From Escherichia phage vB_EcoM_CUA3, in sequence record PP410321: a stretch of 64,000 bases of DNA, one strand, 5' to 3'. Shown here one piece after another: positions 56,861 to 64,000 of the stretch (the stretch's first letter is position 1; each line of letters starts with the position of its first letter). A program made the position numbers and the translations under genes. The notes beneath the pieces are model-generated. The model saw only the letters and a list, made by a program, of their open reading frames with translations. It made no database searches and was not told where the DNA came from.

Positions 56861-57384
56861 TGCATTCCTATCACAAAGAACAGCGGCAGAGGTTTAGAAC
56901 CCTGGCACATAAATTTATTAATCATTACCTGGTAAGCTTCATAAAACTTATCCATCGCCGGAAGGCGCATTGGCTCTTCGATAATAATCAATAATCGAGT
57001 AACAGATAGTCCACGATACTTATGGAAATTGTCTTCATCNAANANTGNNCGTACAGTATCATACACAACAAACCCAGGACCTTCTACTTGAAGGTGTGGT
57101 TGGGCCTTAGAAACCCTTTTTATTATATTACAGATTTCTCGTGAGCGATGTGAAGAACTTGACATAACAATTACATCATTACCCTTGGAAACCCAATCAG
57201 CTGCGAACTGGGCAAGGGCGCTTGTTTTACCTGTTTGCCTTCCCCCGTCAAGTCGAAGAGTACCAAACTCTTGCATTCTTGAAGCGGGTTCGTACCAGGT
57301 GTATTGGTCTGAATCTAAGCGTTCAATGGCGCGTTCAGCGAAGGCGTGCATTAAGGTTAGATAAATGGGAGTTAAAAATTTCAT
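56857..57384 (-). CDS. hypothetical P-loop protein
   Basis: 175-aa ORF; Walker-A-like GGRQTGKTSA. Confidence 0.4.
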   Translation of the reverse strand: MKFLTPIYLTLMHAFAERAIERLDSDQYTWYEPASRMQEFGTLRLDGGRQTGKTSALAQFAADWVSKGNDVIVMSSSSHRSREICNIIKRVSKAQPHLQVEGPGFVVYDTVXXXXDEDNFHKYRGLSVTRLLIIIEEPMRLPAMDKFYEAYQVMINKFMCQGSKPLPLFFVIGMQ

Positions 57385-57475
57385 AATTGTCTCTTAGTTG
57401 AGGGGCCGTTCCTTGGCACATAATTCATCCCTTTCTCNGNATTTNNACCCATTACCGCACTTGGGCTCGACCTTA

Positions 57476-57844
57476 TTACAGGTTGGNNNNNNNNNNNNNN
57501 NNNNNNNNNNNNNNNNNNNNNNNNNNNNNNNNNNNNNNNNNNNNNNNNNNNNNNNNNNNNNNNNNNNNNNNNNNNNNNNNNNNNNNNNNNNNNNNNNNNN
57601 NNNNNNNNNNNNNNNNNNNNNNNNNNNNNNNNNNNNNNNNNNNNNNNNNNNNNNNNNNNNNNNNNNNNNNNNNNNNNNNNNNNNNNNNNNNNNNNNNNNN
57701 NNNNNNNNNNNNNNNNNNNNNNNNNNNNNNNNNNNNNNNNNNNNNNNNNNNNNNNNNNNNNNNNNNNNNNNNNNNNNNNNNNNNNNNNNNNNNNNNNNNN
57801 NNNNNNNNNNNNGATTCTGTAATAAATTGTTGATAAGTTTTCAT
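57476..57844 (-). CDS. internal-protein-like gene (capsid-targeting N-terminus; body N-masked)
   Basis: starts MKTYQQFITE, matching the T4 internal-protein capsid targeting sequence (MKTYQEFIAE) as recalled; lies next to denV as ipII/ipIII do in T4. Confidence 0.45.
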   Translation of the reverse strand: MKTYQQFITEXXXXXXXXXXXXXXXXXXXXXXXXXXXXXXXXXXXXXXXXXXXXXXXXXXXXXXXXXXXXXXXXXXXXXXXXXXXXXXXXXXXXXXXXXXXXXXXXXXXXXXXXXXXXXXNL

Positions 57845-57886
57845 ATTATTCCTTAAGTTGATAGAAGTATTCTATCACGGATTTAA

Positions 57887-58303
57887 TTAAGCGTAAATAG
57901 CCTTACCATAATGTTTGTACCAGGTAGGGCGTTGTGCAATTTTTTCATCCAAACGGGCTTGTGAAATAGCGATAGAAGCTTCGTGAGGAACATAATCACC
58001 ACGGAATTCCTGAGGAATGTCGCTAATATCCTGGACCGTAGTATCCTTGATATTAAAACCACGTTTTAAACATTCGGCTATAAGCTCAATTTGGCGTTTA
58101 CGTAAGAACTCTAGCTTATCGTAAAAGAACGTAACATGACCTGTGCCAAGGATAAAAGTAGGACTGATTTTGAAATCACGAACACGTTTACCATTAGCCA
58201 CATGCTTACGAACTGCACCGAAAACACGGGGTAATTCACGATATTCGGCCATAAGATGTTGGTCAGCCAATTCAGATACTAAGGTAAGGTTGATACGAGT
58301 CAT
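57887..58303 (-). CDS. denV: endonuclease V (pyrimidine-dimer DNA glycosylase/AP lyase)
   Basis: 138-aa ORF, near-collinear with T4 DenV ([26 protein letters not shown]...). Confidence 0.9.
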   Translation of the reverse strand: MTRINLTLVSELADQHLMAEYRELPRVFGAVRKHVANGKRVRDFKISPTFILGTGHVTFFYDKLEFLRKRQIELIAECLKRGFNIKDTTVQDISDIPQEFRGDYVPHEASIAISQARLDEKIAQRPTWYKHYGKAIYA

Positions 58304-58305
58304 TT

Positions 58306-58758
58306 TTAATCTCCTGTAGTTGATAGGTTTATAGTATCATGCCTACAGGAGATGTAAACNNNNNNNNNNNNNNNNNNNNNNNNNNNNNNNNNNNNNNNNN
58401 NNNNNNNNNNNNNNNNNNNNNNNNNNNNNNNNNNNNNNNNNNNNNNNNNNNNNNNNNNNNNNNNNNNNNNNNNNNNNNNNNNNNNNNNNNNNNNNNNNNN
58501 NNNNNNNNNNNNNNNNNNNNNNNNNNNNNNNNNNNNNNNNNNNNNNNNNNNNNNNNNNNNNNNNNNNNNNNNNNNNNNNNNNNNNNNNNNNNNNNNNNNN
58601 NNNNNNNNNNNNNNNNNNNNNNNNNNNNNNNNNNNNNNNNNNNNNNNNNNNNNNNNNNNNNNNNNNNNNNNNNNNNNNNNNNNNNNNNNNNNNNNNNNNN
58701 NNNNNNNNNNNNNNNNNNNNNNNNNNNNNNNNNNNNNAAATTCATTGTAAGTTTTCAT
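58306..58758 (-). CDS. internal-protein-like gene (capsid-targeting N-terminus; body N-masked)
   Basis: starts MKTYNEF; the rest is masked; position between denV and lysozyme as T4 ipII/ipIII. Confidence 0.45.
   Translation of the reverse strand: MKTYNEFXXXXXXXXXXXXXXXXXXXXXXXXXXXXXXXXXXXXXXXXXXXXXXXXXXXXXXXXXXXXXXXXXXXXXXXXXXXXXXXXXXXXXXXXXXXXXXXXXXXXXXXXXXXXXXXXXXXXXXXXXXXXXXVYISCRHDTINLSTTGD
58331..58359 (-). promoter_or_regulatory. early-type promoter with SD-complementary spacer (denV)
   Basis: minus-sense GTTTAC, 17 nt, TGaTACTAT; spacer ATCTCCTGTAGG pairs with 5'UTR CTACAGGAGAT. Confidence 0.6.
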
Positions 58759-59480
58759 NNNNNNNNNNNNNNNNNNNNNNNNNNNNNNNNNNNNNNNNNN
58801 NNNNNNNNNNNNNNNNNNNNNNNNNNNNNNNNNNNNNNNNNNNNNNNNNNNNNNNNNNNNNNNNNNNNNNNNNNNNNNNNNNNNNNNNNNNNNNNNNNNN
58901 NNNNNNNNNNNNNNNNNNNNNNNNNNNNNNNNNNNNNNNNNNNNNNNNNNNNNNNNNNNNNNNNNNNNNNNNNNNNNNNNNNNNNNNNNNNNNNNNNNNN
59001 NNNNNNNNNNNNNNNNNNNNNNNNNNNNNNNNNNNNNNNNNNNNNNNNNNNNNNNNNNNNNNNNNNNNNNNNNNNNNNNNNNNNNNNNNNNNNNNNNNNN
59101 NNNNNNNNNNNNNNNNNNNNNNNNNNNNNNNNNNNNNNNNNNNNNNNNNNNNNNNNNNNNNNNNNNNNNNNNNNNNNNNNNNNNNNNNNNNNNNNNNNNN
59201 NNNNNNNNNNNNNNNNNNNNNNNNNNNNNNNNNNNNNNNNNNNNNNNNNNNNNNNNNNNNNNNNNNNNNNNNNNNNNNNNNNNNNNNNNNNNNNNNNNNN
59301 NNNNNNNNNNNNNNNNNNNNNNNNNNNNNNNNNNNNNNNNNNNNNNNNNNNNNNNNNNNNNNNNNNNNNNNNNNNNNNNNNNNNNNNNNNNNNNNNNNNN
59401 NNNNNNNNNNNNNNNNNNNNNNNNNNNNNNNNNNNNNNNNNNNNNNNNNNNNNNNNNNNNNNAGGAGATGTAAACNNNTT

Positions 59481-59969
59481 TTATCTATAAGCGGCCCAAG
59501 TGCCGGTTTTAAAGGTAGAGATAACTCGCTTAGCTCGGTTAGGGGTTTGCTTGTACCAACGAGACTGGGCCAGGTTAACTGCTGCATCGTCCCAACGTTT
59601 TTGCTGAAGCATACGCAGAGAGTTAGTGAACCCTGCTACACCCGCTTCACCCATTTGGAAGACCATATTAATCAATGCACAACGACGAACTTCGTCCAGC
59701 ACATCATAAACAGGTTTCAATTTAGGATTACGCAATATAGCTCTACGAGCATTTTCCACTGAACGATTAAAGAGTTGTTCAGCCTCAGCCATAGTAATAC
59801 GACCATTGCAAACTCGACCCATAAGTTTGTCAAGTTCAGCACGAGCAACATCTTTAGATGGGTTCTTGGTAACTAACTGACCGATACCAATAGTCCAATA
59901 ACCTTCAGTATCTTTATAAAGATTTAAATCAAGACCTTCGTCTTGACGTAACATATCAAAAATATCCAT
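59481..59969 (-). CDS. e: lysozyme (endolysin, T4 e family)
   Basis: 162-aa ORF collinear with T4 lysozyme ([13 protein letters not shown]...[13 protein letters not shown], catalytic Glu11/Asp20 context). Confidence 0.9.
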   Translation of the reverse strand: MDIFDMLRQDEGLDLNLYKDTEGYWTIGIGQLVTKNPSKDVARAELDKLMGRVCNGRITMAEAEQLFNRSVENARRAILRNPKLKPVYDVLDEVRRCALINMVFQMGEAGVAGFTNSLRMLQQKRWDDAAVNLAQSRWYKQTPNRAKRVISTFKTGTWAAYR

Positions 59970-60000
59970 AATTACCTCCTGAGTATAGGAGGTATTTATA

Positions 60001-60450
60001 TTAGAATAACGAACTTAAAACCTTATACATCGATGGACCCATGACATATTCCCATTGCGAACGTTTAATCAAGGCAAAAGCATCGAATTCAGGAATAGTA
60101 CGACCATCAGGGAACGTATGGTAAGCTGTACATTTGCAATCCTTGAACTGCTCGTGTTCCACAGGCACAGTGTATAAGAACAGATGTAGATTCTTATTGC
60201 TTGAGTATTTGAACTCACCTAGGTCTTTCAGGAACGCAGGATCGTATGCAGTGAATCCAATCTCTTCTTCAGTTTCACGCATAGCGGCTTGAATAGGCTC
60301 TTCACCCGGTTCGACATGACCTTTAGGGATGTCCCATTTATGACGCATATTCTCTGGATTACGAGAGCCTGTTACACGACCCATAACCAATTCTTTATCG
60401 GCAGTCATGAACAAAATACCAGCAGATAATTCTTTAACTTTCTTACTCAT
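60001..60450 (-). CDS. nudE: Nudix hydrolase
   Basis: Nudix box [22 protein letters not shown]; start trimmed to MSKKVKEL; position after e as in T4. Confidence 0.7.
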   Translation of the reverse strand: MSKKVKELSAGILFMTADKELVMGRVTGSRNPENMRHKWDIPKGHVEPGEEPIQAAMRETEEEIGFTAYDPAFLKDLGEFKYSSNKNLHLFLYTVPVEHEQFKDCKCTAYHTFPDGRTIPEFDAFALIKRSQWEYVMGPSMYKVLSSLF

Positions 60451-60679
60451 CGTCTCGTTTCCATGATTGGTTAAAAATATCTTGCATAATAATTTGAAGT
60501 CTATTTTCTGATGATGGACTTTCACTATCAGACACTTGAAGCATATAGTCACCAATAGGACAGAACATATCCATATCGCTTTCTAAGTCTTCTTTAATTT
60601 TCTCTTCTGATGTTCCGGTATCATAGGAATACAGATAAGAATCACACGACTCAGATTTAATATAAATTGCAATACTCAT
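60443..60679 (-). CDS. hypothetical acidic protein
   Basis: 78-aa ORF. Confidence 0.35.
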   Translation of the reverse strand: MSIAIYIKSESCDSYLYSYDTGTSEEKIKEDLESDMDMFCPIGDYMLQVSDSESPSSENRLQIIMQDIFNQSWKRDDE

Positions 60680-61263
60680 TTACGGCATTCCTCAATAAAA
60701 GAGTTTAATGTATTTTTCTTGGTTATATCGTCATACACCTTTTTAACTTTAGAAATACGAAAAGGTACTTCGATAACAGAGGTCCATAAAAATGATGCAA
60801 TAAGACCTAAGATAGCCGCAGACATCGCTGAAGCGAATACAGTAACAGGCAGCTCATTATCTGTTGTCAGGAAAAACCCTAGGAGCGGGAAAAATAATAT
60901 ACCCATCCAAACATAGAACCTAGAACTCACCAATTTGTCGTATTCATCACTCCATGCACGAAAGCCATATTTTTTGCTATAACAAATCAATGGGTCCGGG
61001 GTCTGTTCTTTATTAGGTTCTGCTTGCCAACCATTTACGATATAACCCATTTTATATTCCTCAATTAAAAGCTGTTTCATTTCAGCGGTACAACCCGACC
61101 AATCTATTGTACTGGCTGAAATTCCTTCATCACCATCATCAATATTTCGCCAGGACTTTTTAATAACCATATTCTCACCACTTGGGATAATAATTCCAGC
61201 ATTTTCTGACCGACGGATGAAGTTTACATCAACACCCATACAACCCGGTTCGTAAAGGGCCAT
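60676..61263 (-). CDS. hypothetical membrane protein
   Basis: 195-aa ORF with two predicted TM helices in the C-terminal half. Confidence 0.4.
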   Translation of the reverse strand: MALYEPGCMGVDVNFIRRSENAGIIIPSGENMVIKKSWRNIDDGDEGISASTIDWSGCTAEMKQLLIEEYKMGYIVNGWQAEPNKEQTPDPLICYSKKYGFRAWSDEYDKLVSSRFYVWMGILFFPLLGFFLTTDNELPVTVFASAMSAAILGLIASFLWTSVIEVPFRISKVKKVYDDITKKNTLNSFIEECRK

Positions 61264-61949
61264 TACCAGCCCTCCATAGGAAATTCCAGATATACTTGAG
61301 CATTAACGCGGATTTCATTAGTAATCTTTTTAACACGGTCTGTATTACGAGACACACGACCAAACCAACGCCAACCATTACTTACTGCACGGGAACCTGT
61401 ATGCCATGTCTGCCAATCGAACTGGAGCAACGTGCGGTCAGGAGCATCCCACTTGGTTAATTCATTAGACTCAATTTTTTCCAGAACTTCTTTATGCCAC
61501 TGGCGATAGATAAGTTCGCCTTCAGGAATCTGACTGAACTGTGCAGTTCCGGTTGCAAAATGAGTAGGACACACATCAGCGTTAACAAGACCAAGAATAT
61601 GTTCAGAATGGTATCGAGGATTATCATAATCAGGTTGCCCTGCGGTAATAAAGTGTTGACCTACCGGAATATCCGGGCGTGGTACATCATCATGGTGGAA
61701 GCCTGGAATTGCAGGGTACCAACCGGGCATTAACATGTGTACACGGGAATCAAATACAANNNNNNNNNNNNNNNNNNNNNNNNNNNNNNNNNNNNNNNNN
61801 NNNNNNNNNNNNNNNNNNNNNNNNNNNNNNNNNNNNNNNNNNNNNNNNNNNNNNNNNNNNNNNNNNNNNNNNNNNNNNNNNNNNNNNNNNNNNNNNNNNN
61901 NNNNNNNNNNNNNNNNAGCTTTAGAATTAAAAGTTTTTGGACCGTTCAT
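61263..61949 (-). CDS. hypothetical protein (N-terminal part masked)
   Basis: 228-aa track ORF. Confidence 0.35.
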   Translation of the reverse strand: MNGPKTFNSKAXXXXXXXXXXXXXXXXXXXXXXXXXXXXXXXXXXXXXXXXXXXXXXXXXXXXXVFDSRVHMLMPGWYPAIPGFHHDDVPRPDIPVGQHFITAGQPDYDNPRYHSEHILGLVNADVCPTHFATGTAQFSQIPEGELIYRQWHKEVLEKIESNELTKWDAPDRTLLQFDWQTWHTGSRAVSNGWRWFGRVSRNTDRVKKITNEIRVNAQVYLEFPMEGW

Positions 61950-61963
61950 AATATTTTCCTCAC

Positions 61964-62188
61964 TTACTTTTTGTTGAAAAAGTACATTTTACCTTTAGGG
62001 GATAAGGATACACGAAGTGCGTTACCAATACCAACTGAACATTTAACCAGGTCAGCAGATTTCAATTCACCAAATGCTTGACGAAGGTCACCGTCACGAG
62101 TGTTAACCATCAGGCATTTAGCACCAGCTGCACGAACTTCGTTTAACATGTTGATTGCTTGGTTAGAAAGTTTCATTTTATTCTCCAT
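61964..62188 (-). CDS. hypothetical protein
   Basis: track ORF trimmed to MENKMKLS, downstream of the promoter cassette that the longer ORF would span. Confidence 0.4.
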   Translation of the reverse strand: MENKMKLSNQAINMLNEVRAAGAKCLMVNTRDGDLRQAFGELKSADLVKCSVGIGNALRVSLSPKGKMYFFNKK

Positions 62189-62213
62189 TTCACTCTGTTG
62201 TTTTGATAGGTCT

Positions 62214-62242
62214 ATAGTATCACACCTATAGACCTTGTACAC
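62214..62242 (-). promoter_or_regulatory. early-type promoter variant
   Basis: minus-sense GTGTAC, 17 nt, TGaTACTAT; perfect 9-bp inverted repeat GGTCTATAG/CTATAGACC around the -10. Confidence 0.5.
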
Positions 62243-62254
62243 TGTTTTATGCAA

Positions 62255-63214
62255 TTATTTTTCGAAAGGGCGAATTAAATGATGGTTATCTTGGAACCGC
62301 TTGATGTAGTCTTCNNNACCTAACGTCTTATACATATTCACTACAGCTTGGTAGTTTTCCCAGGCATACTCACGGAACCACCCGGAAGTAATTGAGGTGC
62401 ACACTTTCTCAAGAGCNNNNNNNNNNNNNNNNNATGGTGAAATATTAAAGTCATTAGGAACCTGCGAACGTTCTAGTGCCAACACACAGGTTTCTTCATA
62501 TACACCAGCTAGTTTAATAGCTTCAGGCAAAGCTTCAAACTTCTCACGAGAGGTCATGACTTCAGAACCATCTTTCATATAAAAGGTATATGCAGGGCGG
62601 CCTGCCAATGCCACGGCTTCATGAATAGAGTCATGGTCCAGCGTATAAATGGTATCGTTAAAGAATGACGATTTATTAACATCCAATTTAGGATGAGAAT
62701 AGCTCAACGTTTCTTTCTGACGTTGCAGCATGATTTCTTGGAGCTCTTCGTTCAAGGTTACACCTTTATTACGAAGGTATTTGATGTGAGACATCGTCTT
62801 CAGAAAGAACGGGTTGTTCTTCAAATAACGATGGCTCATTTTGATGGCCAGACAGATATCAGGAGTAGCCCAATAGAAACCTGTAAGACGGTCTTTCTTA
62901 ATATGGTTTTCAGCATATTTCAAGAGACGATAGCTTGAAGTGAAATCCTCATCTTGAAGTTCGCCAGTAATTTCACGGACATTAGTCAGAGCACGAACGA
63001 TATAAGCTTCAAAATAGGTTTCTTTACCATTGTGCATGCATTTAAAGGCCTGGACATCAGGGTTGTCTACATGTACATGGGCGCCGAACATCCGAGCTTT
63101 AAATTGATTCCATGACCCCTGGTCGGCAATAAAATCCCAATCAGAATTTTCGATATATTTACTTTCAATCAAACCAGCGTGGTGCAGTGCACGAGAACCA
63201 ATAACTAGCATCAT
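62255..63214 (-). CDS. hypothetical protein
   Basis: 319-aa ORF; ATG with GAGGAAAA SD. Confidence 0.45.
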   Translation of the reverse strand: MMLVIGSRALHHAGLIESKYIENSDWDFIADQGSWNQFKARMFGAHVHVDNPDVQAFKCMHNGKETYFEAYIVRALTNVREITGELQDEDFTSSYRLLKYAENHIKKDRLTGFYWATPDICLAIKMSHRYLKNNPFFLKTMSHIKYLRNKGVTLNEELQEIMLQRQKETLSYSHPKLDVNKSSFFNDTIYTLDHDSIHEAVALAGRPAYTFYMKDGSEVMTSREKFEALPEAIKLAGVYEETCVLALERSQVPNDFNISPXXXXXXALEKVCTSITSGWFREYAWENYQAVVNMYKTLGXEDYIKRFQDNHHLIRPFEK

Positions 63215-63241
63215 AATATTTTCCTCATTAATAAAGACGAG

Positions 63242-63394
63242 TTACTTCATATTTACCCAGTTCAGATTTTTTGCTTCAATACGCGTTGCGGCTAGATTAG
63301 CAGCCTCTAGTGAAGAAAATTGGACCACTTGGGAAGTATTCTGCCTTACGCCACCTTGTGGGTGAGTAACAAAAACAATAAGAACATTATACAT
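63242..63394 (-). CDS. hypothetical small protein
   Basis: 50-aa ORF below the track cutoff with GAGGAAAA SD. Confidence 0.3.
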   Translation of the reverse strand: MYNVLIVFVTHPQGGVRQNTSQVVQFSSLEAANLAATRIEAKNLNWVNMK

Positions 63395-63415
63395 AATATT
63401 TTCCTCAGAGTAAAC

Positions 63416-63664
63416 TTAAATTTCAGCAACGTAATCGTTATGCAATTCCCACATATCATCAGAATTATTCTTAATGATAGGAATTATCTCATTAGAGATT
63501 TCTTCTGCATAAGGGTCATTGATACAGTGAGCATCTTCAAAACGAACACCGTAATCAGACTTCTTATAGGCAAAGCCATAAATCTTTTTAAACTTGGCAC
63601 GACTAATGCGCACCGGCTCATCAGACTTATCAGACTTATCAGACAGTGGAGAGTAATACCACAT
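63416..63664 (-). CDS. hypothetical protein
   Basis: 82-aa ORF; GAGGAG SD; promoter-like motif upstream. Confidence 0.4.
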   Translation of the reverse strand: MWYYSPLSDKSDKSDEPVRISRAKFKKIYGFAYKKSDYGVRFEDAHCINDPYAEEISNEIIPIIKNNSDDMWELHNDYVAEI

Positions 63665-63692
63665 AATGTTCTCCTCATGTTTGTGTAAGGTA

Positions 63693-63722
63693 ATAGTAAC
63701 ACAAGTTTTTAGAGTTGTACAT
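63693..63722 (-). promoter_or_regulatory. early-type promoter variant
   Basis: minus-sense TGTACA, about 18 nt, TGtgTTACTAT. Confidence 0.4.
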
Positions 63723-63984
63723 CACTTCTGCAATATTCTAAAAATAATTTATCGCTGTCTACTGTATCCCAACGCCGCCAAGATGGATTCCAGACCAAAG
63801 CGTTGTCACCACAATCATTGAGCTTAAAATGGTCATAGTACATAGCTATGTGTCTAGTCTCGTCACCAGAGAACCCTAGTATAGGCTCGCCATGGGTATG
63901 ATACATATGATGGTGCATTGAGAGGTCGCATTTATAAAACATCTCACGTTTACCACGAACGAACAAGAAAGCTTGCCCGTTCAT
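63709..63984 (-). CDS. hypothetical protein
   Basis: 91-aa track ORF near the window edge. Confidence 0.3.
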   Translation of the reverse strand: MNGQAFLFVRGKREMFYKCDLSMHHHMYHTHGEPILGFSGDETRHIAMYYDHFKLNDCGDNALVWNPSWRRWDTVDSDKLFLEYCRSDVQL

Positions 63985-64000
63985 ATAGAATTCTTTATCT

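Noticed and set aside
61964-62254. Longer start for ORF 61964..62254 (MHKTVYK...)
   Set aside because: The extension would run through the promoter cassette at 62214..62242; trimmed to the internal ATG
5955-63722. Recurrent GTTGATAGGTCTATAGTATCA repeats as a CRISPR array or transposon ends
   Set aside because: Copies are dispersed, always at gene starts on one strand, irregularly spaced, and carry promoter and SD features; no regular repeat-spacer structure or transposase
1-64000. tRNA, rRNA, integrase or transposase genes
   Set aside because: No cloverleaf-like candidates or recombinase motifs found by eye; the T4 tRNA cluster would lie beyond nudE, past the window end; N runs could hide short features

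Overview
This window reads as a T4-like (Tevenvirinae) phage early/middle region, with almost every gene on the minus strand in the T4 order: rIIA, topoisomerase large subunit (39), dexA, dda, modB/modA, 56, primase 61, sp, helicase 41, 40, uvsX, dCMP hydroxymethylase 42, imm, DNA polymerase 43, regA, clamp loader 62/44, clamp 45, 46/47, sigma factor 55, endonuclease VII (49), nrdC, tk, regB, denV, lysozyme e, nudE. All calls are by eye from the six-frame track and protein similarity recalled from memory; no searches were run. Many N-masked runs interrupt ORFs, so boundaries near them are approximate and hand-derived coordinates may be off by 1-2 nt. The main non-T4 content is: (1) a sugar-nucleotide biosynthesis module (P-loop kinase, HAD phosphatase, fused sugar-1-P nucleotidyltransferase/kinase) between gene 42 and imm, next to an unassigned 374-aa ORF in the beta-glucosyltransferase slot, pointing to a non-glucose modification of hydroxymethylcytosine DNA; (2) more than 20 copies of a promoter cassette (GTTTAC, about 17 bp, extended -10, then CCTATCAAC) in which inverted repeats bracket the -10 and, in several copies, pair the spacer with the Shine-Dalgarno (SD) of the downstream gene with compensatory changes; (3) a small ORF with an Arr-like (H-Y-E class) ADP-ribosyltransferase signature, alongside ModA/ModB and a macro-domain protein; (4) a Pol-beta-type nucleotidyltransferase next to a P-loop ATPase; (5) N-masked internal-protein genes with the capsid-targeting N-terminus flanking denV. 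Seven rho-independent terminators with UUCG-type loops and several middle- and late-type promoter motifs are also present. No tRNA, rRNA, CRISPR array, integrase or transposase was seen.
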